Positions 1 to 13,306 of a DNA stretch of 64,000 nucleotides are shown here, piece by piece. A program made the translations under genes and the position numbers. Origin of the DNA: Octopus bimaculoides (lineage: Eukaryota); NCBI RefSeq assembly GCF_001194135.2, contig NC_068981.1:11035095-11099094 (forward strand). Direction: 5' to 3'. Numbering within the stretch: position 1 is the stretch's first letter; each line of letters opens with the position of its first letter. Under the pieces are notes generated by a model. The model did no database searches. It was not told the DNA's origin and saw only the letters and a program-made list of their open reading frames with translations.

Positions 1-1864
1 ATATATATATACGCGCTCTGTGACTCTCATACACACAGAAGTACAAATATACGTAGGCGCAAGAATCTAAATACATGCTTACGAAATATTGCACTTCAAT
101 GCCGGGGAGTGTACTTGTCAATTAGTTGGTGGTTGCCTACTCTTCCACACTACTGCCCAGATTAAAACCTCGTCTTGCAAGGAAATTGTCCTGGAGTAAT
201 AAGTCTTCCACAGTATAAATATGAATCTTCGCACCATCCACACACACACAAAAAACAGAAAGAAACAGAAGGAAAAAACCTCCACAAACAAGATATGAAT
301 ATGAATATCTGTTTAAAGTACAATAGATACTAGAGATGAGATGTGAAGGTGAAGTAATGGAGGTTATTGCCAACATCAAATATCTAGCATCTTTACGGCT
401 ATTTATTCATCTAACCTATTGAATATATGAATACGACGTTATTGTTATTAATGAAAGGAATGGGATGGTTGGTGCATACTGTCTAATTCTGTCATTAAAA
501 GATAAACAATATGGCCTCTTTAACAGTAAATATATTTAAAGCCATTCAGCTATTATCCTTTCGACGCCTTATCTTTCTCTTTTACAATTTATATAGTGGA
601 ATAATGGAACAACATGAATATTGATTCGGTCATGTTATTTCATGTTGATTCATGTTATTTTTATACTTTTACATTATTTTACTTCATTTTTTTTTTATCC
701 AGAATAACGAACAAACATGAATTAATATTCACTTGAGTGAATATACATGTATGCAATCAGACGCACGCATGGTTACACACATATACAGCGACTCATACAT
801 ATATATGATGTCCATATGTATACTTTCATATCTATACGCATGCATACATATAGAAATATACATCCATCCATCCATCCATATATATATATATATATATATA
901 NNNNNNNNNNNNNNNNNNNNNNNNNNNNNNNNNNNNNNNNNNNNNNNNNNNNNNNNNNNNNNNNNNNNNNNNNNNNNNNNNNNNNNNNNNNNNNNNNNNN
1001 NNNNNNNNNNNNNNNNNNNNNNNNNNNNNNNNNNNNNNNNNNNNNNNNNNNNNNNNNNNNNNNNNNNNNNNNNNNNNNNNNNNNNNNNNNNNNNNNNNNN
1101 NNNNNNNNNNNNNNNNNNNNNNNNNNNNNNNNNNNNNNNNNNNNNNNNNATATATATACATACACATACTTACACTTGTATACACATATGTGTATATAGG
1201 CATTTGTAAATATGCGGGAACACCATTTCTTCTAGTCATGCTATATTAAAAACATGGCTGTGTTGTAGTTTGATGTTTATCGGTTCGGTAATGTTTCCAT
1301 ATTTTATGAAATGAATTCTTACTTGAAAATACTAATTTTCTTAAATTTCTCATTGAAGTTTCGAGATCCTCATAATCCCATTTTCAACTTTAAGTGATGT
1401 TGAACTGTTTTCCTGCCTCTTCCTTGGCAAGGAATATATGATGGCTGTAGACAGACCCGCAGGAATTTAAATTAACCATCGGACATTTATTGTATTTGTG
1501 CCTGTATTAATTTTATTATTGTGCTCTTACTGCGATTATTACTTCCATCATCAACTATATATTCTGTGGGTGAATTTTGCAGTGCGTTTGTGTTTCGCAG
1601 TAATTTTTCTGTATTTAAATTTGTGCTGTGCAGTGTTACTAATTTTTCGGACATTCATAATCTGCAGTGTACAACGTGAGGTCATCCATGTACAAAATGT
1701 GGATGATTATTTCCATAACATTTGTAACAAAATCAAATGTTGTTTAGTATGTAGACTAAATGTGTTAATATCAGATGTTAAAGGAGCGGAAAGAGAGATT
1801 TCCTTTATAAAGTATGTCTTTGATAATAGTTTTTTGCTTTTCACTTTTGTCTGTGTCACATGAT

Positions 1865-2460
1865 TATTTGCTAGTTATCCAGGACACATTTAATGCATCT
1901 TTCCTTAAATGGTGCTGGCTCAATTATAGAAATATATTTCCAGAGTCTACGCGTGGGGTGTCATAATCCGTCTGTTAATCAATCCATTCGAATTCAGACC
2001 CCTTTCTTCTCGTGCAGTCGACTCTATAATGGTTGATCAGTAATTGATCGTTCCAGCCATATGGCCTTTGCAGCATCCTTTGAATTCTGGTACCACTGTT
2101 TTTTCTATAAATGTATTTACTTTTACCATTTTTGTGGACTATAAAAGAAGCAAAATTAAGGGTATGTAATTTTCTGAAGTTTGCTGAAGCGGGTTTTAAT
2201 TTCAGGAAGTCAGTTACTTCTTGTTTCTATCTCTGTTAGTCTCTTATTAAACAGTTCTTGTAGAATATCATGTGATCCTGATAGATATTCTAACAAGCAA
2301 TTTGGAATCTTGGTACCTCACACATTTCTGGGAGCATTTGAGACACTTCTAGTGTTCAAGTTTCGCAGTACAGTTCAGATATTGGGTTCATAGTGTAGAG
2401 CAATACTATGAGCCCAAAATATATAATCGACGAGTACCCTGTCTCCAAATTTCAGGCCTC
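1865..2460 (-). mobile_element. Decayed R4/Dong-type (RLE) non-LTR retrotransposon fragment, N-terminal RT region
   Basis: Manual minus-strand translation across frameshifts gives KIPNCLLEYLSGSHDILQELFNK... and KGCCKG.YGWNDQLLINHYRVDCTRRKG..EWID*..YD, matching the R4/Dong RT pattern EQKGC..GS.GCKDQLLINK.I.EDC..RK.NLS.AWIDY.KAFDS. Many stops. Confidence 0.7.
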
Positions 2461-2478
2461 GTGCATATAGTAGAAAGG

Positions 2479-2514
2479 ACTATTACTATTACTACAACAA
2501 CAACAACAACAACA

Positions 2515-2575
<61 letters not shown>

Positions 2576-2580
2576 TTATT
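2479..2580. repeat. Compound (ACT)n/(ACA)n microsatellite, the 3' tail or target of the adjacent LINE
   Basis: Seen directly; abuts the 3' UTR of the minus-strand element at 2581. Confidence 0.95.
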
Positions 2581-3881
2581 TTTCAGTGGTTCTATTTTTA
2601 TCACGTGGTTCTATTTTTATCACGTGGTGCTTTCACTGCACTACCGAGCGCAGCTCTAGTGCACTTTGGGTATGAGTTGTGATTTGTTGTGGTGTTCTTA
2701 TTTTCACTGTATTGAAAATATGTGCGGTGCCTAGTAGGGATATTTTCTGTACGTTATACACACTTGTATGTTCTGACGTTTTTGCTATTTATTTGTCTGA
2801 ATGTTTTTTCTTATCATATCTAATGCACTCAGTATTGTAGGTATTGTTTCTGCTTTTAAGCTCCACATTCGAGTTACCTCTCTATTTCCAGACCTTTGTA
2901 TTTTGATAGTTTCTCCGTTTCTTTTAGAGAAACATTGTCATCCGTCGGTATTGATATATCGACTAGAAGGCATTTTTTTCTTGGTGATCTCTGACAACTA
3001 TATCCGATCTATTAGCCTTGATTTTTTCCCTTTGTGTGTATTGGTATATCCCAGAGTATGCTTGCTTTCTCATTTTCTGTGACCTTTTTCTGGGTTGTGC
3101 CTACACCACCTTTTTCCAGTTGTCATCCCATAGTGTTGGCATAACTTCCATTGTATTTTTCAGCTTCCTCGAGACAGAAAACAGCTTTTTTGTTTTACTC
3201 ATGTTTTGTGGCTAATTTTTACCAGTTTTACTTGTTTTTGTAGTAGGTTTTTCTGTAGTCCTATGGTGGTTATTTTATAAGAGTTTTCTAGCTCTATAAG
3301 GCCGCTACTACCTTCAATATGTTCTATATATAACCTTTCTATGTCAGATTTTGGGTGGTGCATCCTAAATCCTGTCATTATTTTTCTTGTTTTCCTGTCT
3401 ATTTTTATTAGTACATTTAGAGTGCAGTTAAGGATATTGTATTTGTAACTTATAACTGGTATGGCTTGAGTGCTGATACCTATTAACTTGTTTTTCGCAT
3501 TGAGCCCTGTTTTCAGTATTAATCGTCTATAGTATTCTTTTTTTTACCTCTTCCTTCATTTGTGTGAATTGTTCATATCTAGTTCATTGATTCCTAAGTA
3601 TTGTATGTCTGGTTTTGGTATAATACTCTTATTTGATTTATCTAGTGTGATGTTGTTACTGTTAACTAGCTTTTCTCTTTTCAAGGTTGCTTTGGAACAT
3701 TTTTCTAAGCCAACTTTCAGGTTTATTTCTTTTGTAAATCCATGAACTTTCCGTAGTAATTTTTCCAGCTGTTTATCATTTGTAGCTTACAGTTTAGGTC
3801 ATCCATGTATAAGAAGTAGCTGATTGCTTTGCTGTAACAGTTGTATCCACATCCAGTTCTGTTTAGCATGTCAGATAGAGA

Positions 3882-3882
<1 letters not shown>
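2581..3882 (-). mobile_element. 5'-truncated R4/Dong-type LINE (RT C-terminus plus restriction-like endonuclease), pseudogenised
   Basis: Minus strand: ISYFLYMDDL (RT catalytic YMDD; ORF 3723-3968), KTGLNAKNKLIGIST.AIPVISY, RMHHPKSDIERLY, then WKLCQHYG and IKANRSDIVVRDHQEKKCLLVDISIPTDDNVSLKETEKLSKYK (PD..D..K RLE motif). The 3' UTR ends in the TAG/TAA tail. Confidence 0.9.

Positions 3883-3942
<60 letters not shown>
3883..3942. repeat. (ATT)20 microsatellite at the 5' junction of the R4/Dong LINE
   Basis: Seen directly. Confidence 0.95.
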
Positions 3943-3943
<1 letters not shown>

Positions 3944-4199
3944 GAAAACGAAACTGGCAGCCTTTCAAAGATTATTTGGTTGACAGTAATTATGGGCTCC
4001 CTGAAGATTAAGTGGACAGTAATTATAGTCTCTCTGCAAGATGAAAAGCAAAACTTATTAAACGGTGGATGATCTCAAGGGAGTCAATGATGACTATCCG
4101 ATCACGTGTACACACATACATTGACTATGTCCGTGTTTGTTCAGTTGCATGTTTTTATTTCCTTTTTAATGCACCCTCCATGCAACTGAATCTACGAAA

Positions 4200-4689
4200 G
4201 TGACAATAATTCCTTGCCGCCGATATGCAGAATACTCCAACCACCAATAAACCTAAAATACAGCAGAACCCCATTCTTCGTACAAAGAATATCATATCCA
4301 AAATTTATAACACTAAGGTTTCACACCTCTTTCTGTACAATTACTTCTGTACAATTACTTCAACGGTTGACTAAGCTCAAAACCGTTACGAATTTCCACA
4401 CCAAACCCAATATAATCTCCTAACTGTAACTTCCTTTCAACCCACGCTACAAACATGTACTTTTCTCCTATCTTTTCCACATCCCCTTCATACATTAATT
4501 ACCATTTCACACAGCATCATCTATCTCTAACAATTAACAATTTCTAATTAGAAAAAAAAAAAATTCCGAGTAAAGCAGAGCCTGAAGAAGGTAGAGGCAA
4601 GCCGATACTTTGAAGACAAAGTCAGCCTTTAACAAAGACTATAAAGCATTGATTCATCTTACAGTGTAATGTCAGATTGTTTTCATATA
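4200..4689 (+). mobile_element. Probable decayed Penelope-like 3' end (GIY-YIG C-terminus plus terminal repeat)
   Basis: ILRTK..I.KFITL-like peptide at about 4270-4325, then a degenerate HHR-like CTGAAGA-AGGT..GCC-GATAC at 4582-4608. Confidence 0.35.
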
Positions 4690-4814
4690 NNNNNNNNNNN
4701 NNNNNNNNNNNNNNNNNNNNNNNNNNNNNNNNNNNNNNNNNNNNNNNNNNNNNNNNNNNNNNNNNNNNNNNNNNNNNNNNNNNNNNNACATATATATATA
4801 TATACGTATATACA

Positions 4815-4846
<32 letters not shown>

Positions 4847-6199
4847 CGTATATACATATATATATCTTTTAAGCTGAAAATTCTCTGCGTTGCTAATTCG
4901 AGCTATAGTGCGTAACAAGAATGGACAAAATGCACTTCTGCTTATAAACACGAACATACGATTACACAAACGCATAAAAGCGTGCAAACACATACACGTA
5001 TACACAAAAGCACACGCGCAAACATATATATACATGCATATGTGTGCGTGCGTGTGTGTGTGTGTGTGTGTGTGTACACATACTTGTCATTATCTGGAAA
5101 GTATCGCCCACTAACACACTGTACCAATCCTTTATTTCTGTCGTGTCGAGAAACAATAAAGACCATTATGTAATCACAAGCCGCTTCAGTGTTCAGTCAA
5201 ACCTATTTCTCCCTCCCACCGCCACTTACTTCCCCGCTAATCCACTGGGACAGTCATAATCGTTACCTATCCAATTCCCACCACTTAAAACATGGCGCCT
5301 TTCTGTCTACTTAAAAAGAAATCGTTTATTTCTATTGATGATGCTTTAACAGCTTCCATTGAAAACGACTATAAAGATATCTTTACGAAGGCGAGATTTA
5401 TTCAGTACTTTCTATACAAGGTTACATCTCACATACGCAGCAGTTTGGATCTGTGCATTTTGTCTTCATTGCTAAACGCCTTATCCTAAACTTTGTTCAT
5501 GTAGCAATACTTCCGTTGCTAAAACCAATACATGCCACTCAATTGACGCTCTCAATTTATCTCATTATACACAATTATCGAGTGGCTCATTAGTCCGAGA
5601 AAATCTTATTTCACTTTTGATATTCTTCAGAACTCATCATTCTTTCATAACTGTTAAATTAATATTATATTCTAACTATTGTCAGCATAGAATGCATTCG
5701 CCAGTTATCCCTTTATGCTATTCAGTGTTCAGGTCTAAGAACATCCATTCATGTTCATGTAAGCACGGCATGTAACACGTATTTCATATATGGAAGCCGG
5801 CCACTCTATGTAATATTCATCGTTACACTCTATAGCACAAATCTCCAGAATTTCTATTGGGAACGAAAATCAATATAGATTACCTACTACAAAGGTATTG
5901 AACCTATTCAATGATAAAGAATCCCATTGGTTATCTGGTCTGTTTGAGAAAAATTTCCATAAAACTAAAGATACGCTAAAGTCTTTAATATAAACTTGGT
6001 TGAGCTTTAAATGAAAGTATTTTGGAAGTAATCATCCGACTTCGAAATTTCCTTTTTTGTTGTCTTTCTATTTATTTATGCAGACGATTTAAAAAAGAAA
6101 ACAATAGAAAAAGTCGAAATTATTGTGTTTTCAACCTTCGCATTTGCAGATTGAAGTTTGAGGCAAAACATAGAAAGAGCAGGGGAGGGTTGTACAGTA

Positions 6200-6460
6200 T
6201 TGCAAACATCGTAAGTACAGTCTCGAGTCCTAGGCCTTATGGGGCTGGTTACCGGTTTCCATGACGTATTAATGATCGAAATCACATTTGCCGCGAACCG
6301 AGGCAGGTCTGTCGCAGGGTTACACATTTACAGCAGATTGGACTGGAGCAACGTGAACCGAAAATAGTTTTCTTAAGAACGAAACGCACCACAAAGTCCG
6401 AGGATTGTAACTAAGATCTTGCTCTCGTGAGACAACACCCTAACCACTAGGTTTTGCACC
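6200..6460 (-). mobile_element. Decayed tRNA-derived SINE
   Basis: Reverse complement reads ...CCTAGTGGTTAGGGTGTTGTCTCACG (A-box-like), followed by the TTCACGTTGCTCCAGTCCA central box shared with other SINE copies here. Confidence 0.5.
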
Positions 6461-7544
6461 TTCAGGTGTGTCGTGGAGAGGAAGAATTCGCGAAAGTGCT
6501 CCAAGAAAAAACTTTTGGGCAAGGAATACTGTAGGTGTGATGGGAACATGATATGCGGTTATAAATATTGTTGTTTAACAATTGGAATGTGATCGCTGAG
6601 ATAAAGAGAGAAAGAGTGAGAAAAAGGTAGAGGGAGAGAGAGAGGGGAAGAAATGAGTGAGCGCTAGGATAGACGTATATACTGTTTGAGAGCGCAAGTA
6701 GGATCTCTCATAGAAAATGCTATATTTTTCATATGGCCGGGCCATCGAGATTCTTTTTTGTGTCCTGTGCAGCTCCATGCTAGACATAATTTAGCAAACA
6801 TGTCCGTAGGACAATTCCAGACATGAACATCCTTTATCTTTAGGGAGATCTAAGGCAAAATTATTTAGTGTGGACTTCTGTTGTTTTTTCTTAAGACAAT
6901 GGGTTGTAATTTAGATCTTGTTGGCTTTTTGGAACAAGAAGAGAGATTTGCGTAGAGTCAGCACCGTCAGCTTGTAACTGTCGACGTGTACATAATTGTC
7001 GCGTGCATAGATAAGAGTTGAAGGTTTGGCTCGTGGTGAGAGCGTGCACGCAACGGCAAAGCAAATGGAATCAAGTACCAAGACAGTGCATGCGGTGTGC
7101 GTGTATTTGTGTGTGTGTGCCTGTGTGTGCGTGTGTGTGTGTGTGTGTGTGTGAAATTGAAACCAAAGCTTATTGTATTGTAACTACTTTCACTGAAAGA
7201 ACACAGCTTACATAGCCACCTATTGTTGACGGTGACTGGTTTAGAAATCCGTTAAATAAAAAGAGATGATCTAGGGATGCCGATATTTACGTAGAGATTA
7301 TCTTCACAAGATAACAGTAATCCAGCAGAAAATTTAAGGGAAAACTACTTAGGAAACTGTCTTTTCATGCCTATAGTGAGTTGAAAGGCAGAGACAATCA
7401 TCTCTTATAAGACCTCCACGTCAAATAGGAAGGTGTGATTAGTGTAGTTTCAAGCCAGAAGCATGACCTACATGATTACAACAAAGTGAACTTCATTAAA
7501 GGTAACCGTGGTATCAGATGATGGTGTGTAAGCGGGTGATGGAT

Positions 7545-7660
7545 TATAGGTACCACCAGATAGGGTATAGCCAGATTTGAACTGAGAATGTAAAGAGCAA
7601 GAACAGATATCACAAGGTATCTGGTTTGGCATTCTTCAGTCCCGCCAATCCATCACCGCG
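7545..7660 (-). mobile_element. Decayed SINE head (family starting GGCGGCGAGCTGGCAGAATCG)
   Basis: Reverse complement GCGGTGATGGATTGGCGGGAC...TTTACATTCTCAGTTCAAATC aligns by eye to the copy at 30664. Confidence 0.45.
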
Positions 7661-8881
7661 ACTTGACTTTGGTGAGACCTGAACGTTAGATTGCAGTGTC
7701 GAAATAACTACCTCGAGATTTTCTCGCCCCAACCGATTCGCCATCTAATGTGAGAAAATATTTTGTCTTCTCTTCATGGTGTCTTCTAACACAGCGAAGA
7801 TGGAATATCGTTTAATAAGGTGTCCCTTATGTGAAGTGAATCATTAGTAAACCATTAAATCTTTAAGTATTACCGAATGATACTGGCGATATACATGCAT
7901 TCAAATATACATACATAATTAGGTACACACACATATATATTAGAAAGTGCATCAGTCGTGGGTAACTATTGACGTTATATAAGCATGCGCATACAGACAT
8001 ACACACTCTTATATATATANNNNNNNNNNTATATATATATAAATATAAACAAACACACATACTAACACATACATGTATAGAATTGATTGCATAGTATTGT
8101 TTACAATAATTATCTTGAGCTGACGAAATACATTGCATTTGCTGTAATATTAGGATTCCTTCTTTTCTGTTATAAACATTTTTATATTTCTTTACCACTA
8201 TTTTAGACTTGTGTCTAAAATCAATTGTAACAACGGAGACATATTAGTGTTGCGTATCGATTGAACGAAAATGGTATCAATTACCTACGCAAACCCAAAA
8301 CTCTGCCAGAGAACAAATAAAGTGTGTGCGTTGTAAGGTGACTAGTTAAAACATGACAGTATTAAATGCCATTTACGATTAATGGCATCAGCTCCAAATG
8401 TAATGATAAAGCCCATTAGGAAACCATTTTATTGTTATTTCTACAAAGCTATATTTAACGTTTATCACGCGCTAATTCCCTGCAACAGAATTATTATATA
8501 TACATATGTTCCTTCGCGAGTGGGTTTATGTTAATTGATATGGCCAGTTATTTACACAGTAGCAAAGGTGAAGTAATAAATTGAAGACTGTTTTAAACGT
8601 TTTTGTTCATACACAGAGATATTACACGGTAAACAACCTTTACTACTAGATTAGGTAGAGCAAATGCCTGAGCGGTATATAGGATTTCATGTTGGTTTCA
8701 TTGTAAAGTGCTATTAGATTATGCTTATGGAAGTTGTAGAAACATATCGGACATGTTAGGGAAATGTAACTCTGTAGTTTAAGGTTTGTAAACCATTCTT
8801 CAGAGTTATGTCACAGTGGTTGTTTGGAGAAAAAAAGAAGGAGGTTCTTGAGTTTTGATTGAAAATACATAGAGGGGGTAG

Positions 8882-9047
8882 GTAAGTTTCAAGAGTCAGA
8901 CGAGGCATCGATAAATTGCGAGTGAGTTGACGGAAAATATTTGTGTTTTAACTAATCGTTTTTCTTCACACCTACTTTGTAGAGAGCACCTACTTTGTAG
9001 AGAGCACCGTCAGCATTATGTAAATAGTAGTCTCATGTATGGTAAGT
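8882..9047 (+). other. Candidate short intron (8882-8982 or 8882-9000) and small exon (8983 or 9001 to 9041)
   Basis: Donor G|GTAAGT at 8882, branch-like CTAAT at 8952-8956, pyrimidine tract, TAG acceptors at 8982 and 9000, second donor ATG|GTAAGT at 9042. No transcript evidence. Confidence 0.35.
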
Positions 9048-9539
9048 CTGGGTTTTGTAACGTATCAAAGGTTGTTTAGAGATTAATACAAAAGGCTGTT
9101 TGTTGTTTAATCTCAGGTATTAATTTCATGCATTCATCTCATTTATTCATCTCATGTAATACATGCAATACTAGAACTCAAGAAATTCGATCTGTGATCT
9201 CCCAGGTATATTCCTAAGTAAAAAGATCAAGAACGACATTATACAACGCACTATGATAGGATTTTAGTTGAGGAAGGTTTGGCTCTTATGTTTAGCATGT
9301 TTAGTAACAACACGATGGTTACTTTGTGGAAATATATATTACCGTCAAGGATGGGATGAGCTAAAAGTAAGTTTTAAAAGACAGGGTCTGTATGCGAAGA
9401 CTAAACGGTAATCTCTAATGATATATGATAATATTCTCGGGATAGCTTTCCGTTGCTTTATTCAAATACCACATTTTCTATTTGGCATTATTGTTATGAA
9501 GTTACTATAACTGTTACCTTGCTACACAAGATACCATTG

Positions 9540-9705
9540 TTACTGTATTTGAAAGTGCCAGCCTTGCAACATCCTGTGTCACACTGAATCTCCCTTCAAG
9601 CTTATGCACATCTGTGGAGTTCTCAGCCACTAGGACGTTCATTTCAAAAGCAGGCTATTCCGTTGATCGCATCAACTGGAACACACGTGAGGACTGACAA
9701 AGACG
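9540..9705 (+). mobile_element. 3' half of a tRNA-derived SINE (same family as 9764 and 43819)
   Basis: TGTATTTGAAAGTGCCAGCC...TCTGTGGAGTTCTCAGCCAC...GATCGCATCAACTGGAAC matches the body of the next copy. Confidence 0.7.
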
Positions 9706-9763
9706 ACCATTTTACGAAATCTTCCTACTGCACTTGCTTTCGCATTAGCAGTTCTTGGATTAA

Positions 9764-10062
9764 GGCACGTGACTTAATGGTTAAGGTATTCGGCTTACAA
9801 TCGTAAAATCATGAGTTCGATTATCGGCGGTGCGTTGTGTCCTTGGACGAAACACTTTATTTCGCGATACTTCAGCTGTCAAAAGTGAGTTGCACCTGTA
9901 TTTGAAAGTGCCAACCTTTCCACATCTTGTGTCACCTTGAATTTCCCTGAGATCTACCTTCAATAGTATGCATGTCTGTGGAGTGCTCAGCCACTTACAC
10001 ACTAATTTCCCGAACCGGCTGTTCTGTTCATCAGATCAACTGAAACACTCTTTGTAGCTGAC
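9764..10062 (+). mobile_element. tRNA-derived SINE, near full length
   Basis: A box TGACTTAATGG, B box GAGTTCGATT, central GCGTTGTGTCCTTGG..AAACACTTTATTTC box and family 3' body. Confidence 0.8.
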
Positions 10063-10562
10063 ACAGTCCCAATTTTAAAGCAGTTCTAGGGATGATAAAT
10101 TTAAATTCGTATTCTTCATTAATTATTGATGGGTTAACAGTATTCGTTTTCTTTTTCTTATACGCGGTGAAGCAGGAAGACCTCCCATATGTTTTCTGCC
10201 ACATCTGGCCGCTAGTAAAGTTAGACAGGTGATAATAGCATATAAATGTAGGTAATGTTTTATCGTGTTTTTCATTCACCACCAATATTTGGACCGGCAC
10301 ACCGTACATTTGTTATTGAAGCGTTTATCAAGAATAGTGAATTTGAATGTTTTTTTTCCGTAGCCTGTACTGTACAAAACAACAGAATAAACCTATAGGT
10401 TTCATTCAACGGGTGTGCAAATGAAAGGAAATTAAGTACACAGTAGTAGACTATCTTTCCATATAATCACACACGTCGACATTCCGTGAGGTTGCACAAA
10501 AATGATACAATCTTTCAGTGTTACCTTAAACGTATAGGTTTATTCCGTAGCAGACTGGTTTT

Positions 10563-10596
<34 letters not shown>

Positions 10597-10599
<3 letters not shown>

Positions 10600-10723
10600 G
10601 GTGTCCACAAAGTCTGGGTACATGGGGATTAACACATACTTTAAGAAGCTATTATTTCTTATACTTAATTGTTTATGTTATAATTTTATTTACTCCATGT
10701 AGCCAGACTTTGTGGACAACCTG
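10597..10723. mobile_element. 127-bp Tc1/mariner-type MITE
   Basis: 29-bp TIRs at 10597-10625 and 10695-10723 (26/29 identical; consensus about CAGGGTGTCCACAAAGTCTGGGTACATGG). TA follows the right end; the left end sits in (TA)n. Confidence 0.8.
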
Positions 10724-11784
10724 TATATAAATCCTGTTAGAAAGCTGTCTATTAGAACTATAAACTAAGGGCAACTGATGCCTTAAGGCTCTAAGTATAT
10801 ATATATATATATATATATNNNNNNNNNNTTACAACCTGTGTGATCCATTGGGATCTTTGATATTAAAATTGTAACCTTCTCATCAGGGAAAGCATGGGAA
10901 TCATCTTAAACGTAAGACATTATGACCGATTATGAAAACAATAGATGGATAAGGTTATGACTTGATTCATTTGAAAGATACCTATGTAAACATATATTAG
11001 AATGCCTGAAAAGGAAAGGGATCGCAAAAGTTGAAGAATGAAGAATAGAAAGAAGTCTGAATTAGCTCAAATGTGCTTTTTTTTAATTGTCTTTACTAAT
11101 CACTGGAAGCTCTACAAAGTATTGCTTAACCCACGAATAAACACCACGATGATACAGAGAATAGGTACAAGCAAAATCAATCAACACTACTACAATGTGA
11201 CTTAGTAACGCTGACTAAAAATAATAGATTTTAGTCTTCTTCCTTGAGAATATTGGCAGCGAGAAATAATATTGCTATTGTATTTTCTTTTTAGTTAAGT
11301 GTAACCGACAAGACGATGAATGGCCGCATTAAGAGCCTGTTCATATAAGATATATGTTACTAGAAGCTGATAGCAATGCTACGCATGGCTGGGTATCTCA
11401 TGTTAGATGTATTATCATTGATTTCAGCAGGGAGAATGTTTGGAATAAATCAATTTGCTTCAACACTGATTACAATCTCTGAAAAGTGAGATTTAAGATG
11501 CTATGTTTAAAGACAGCTCTATGTATTTCTGCTTTCTTTCGTTCGGTGATGAAGAAACAAACATTGTAATAACTATGATAAGTCTGTCATACGTTATATG
11601 ATAGCATATAAATATAAAGATATATATATATATATATATGCATGTATCTATAGATATAATTTTACACCTACACACCCAGACATTTAGACAAACATCTCTC
11701 TACAGACAGACCCGTTCCCATATATATCCTTACGGTATGAGAACATTGGAAATTGATGAAATAAAGATATAATATAATAATATA

Positions 11785-12001
<217 letters not shown>

Positions 12002-12384
12002 CAGTAAGTGACGCTGTCAATAAATATATTTGTATATCTTGAATATATAGAGATCCATGCAATTCAACTGAGCACAGATTAGCTATTTAAACAGCTAATA
12101 TTTCCAGCTATGACATATTTAGATGTCAAACAGCATTCATATCCATATAAACTATAGCTTGTGGAGCTTTAGTTGATAAAAATTGAAAGACTTGTAAGAC
12201 GTTCAAATCTCTTCATACAAGACACGTTATGACGACTACGAAATGGCTTAAGATGGCCCAAATGACATATGCAAGCATCTATCCATCTATCCATCCATCA
12301 ATCAATCCATCCATCCATCCATCCATCCAACCAAGCATACTTAGAAAGAAAAGGGATAGCGATGCAGGGAAAGCAGCAGAATGT

Positions 12385-12845
12385 GACAATTGATGCAGAC
12401 TTTGTGGAGTCAACACCGAAGATCACAAGCAGTTGTTCGAAAATGTCATCACGGTATTATCTACCGATGAGACATGTAAGCTAGCACACTGTATAATTCG
12501 ATCCGTCGGAAGGATAATCTCGAGGACAAGGAAATAAGAACTCACAGTATGGTAGAAGCCATAGCTACTGGTAATGAAAATGAGTACTGATGGAATGTCC
12601 CAGTGAAAACCTCAGTAAAATGTAGACACACTAGTCTTGATTTAATGATTTCGGTTAGAGAAGAGAAACTTTGTACAGTTGTAGAAATCAGTTGCTCAGC
12701 GGATGTCAAGATAAGGCGAAAAAAGAGAATACCTACGCTGAACTATTCAGAAATTTGCAATTACTCTATCCAGATTACAAGGTCAGGTTTGTATCTGTAA
12801 TTATTGCGGCGCTGGGATATGTAACACACTGCCTAAATACCAATG
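12385..12845 (+). mobile_element. RLE-type non-LTR retrotransposon fragment (CCHC knuckle plus endonuclease), R4/NeSL-like
   Basis: Frameshifted [28 protein letters not shown] (zinc knuckle), NVPVKTSVKCRH..DLM..REEKLCTVVEISC.AD, KENTYAELFRNLQLLYPDYK.RFV.VIIAALGYV. Confidence 0.85.
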
Positions 12846-12913
<68 letters not shown>

Positions 12914-13171
12914 NNNNNNNNNNNNNNNNNNNNNNNNNNNNNNNNNNNNNNNNNNNNNNNNNNNNNNNNNNNNNNNNNNNNNNNNNNNNNNNNNNNNNNN
13001 NNNNNNNNNNNNNNNNNNNNNNNNNNNNNNNNNNNNNNNNNNNNNNNNNNNNNNNNNNNNNNNNNNNNNNNNNNNNNNNNNNNNNNNNNNNNNNNNNNNN
13101 NNNNNNNNNNNNNNNNNNNNNNNNNNNNNNNNNNNATATTTGTATGTATGTGAAGTATATAAGCATGCATA

Positions 13172-13260
13172 GGCGCAAGCGTGGTTGAGTGGTAGGGAGC
13201 TTGCATCTCAACTACATGGTTTCGCGTTCAATCCCACTAGCATAGTACCTTGTATATATT

Positions 13261-13306
<46 letters not shown>

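Noticed and set aside
137-379. 80-aa minus-strand ORF ending ...LARRGFNLGSSVEE
   Set aside because: No recognisable homology and no convincing splice acceptor.
5292-5489. ORF with good start context (AAACATGGCG, also YY1-like)
   Set aside because: 65 aa with no recognisable domain; a single short motif is expected by chance.
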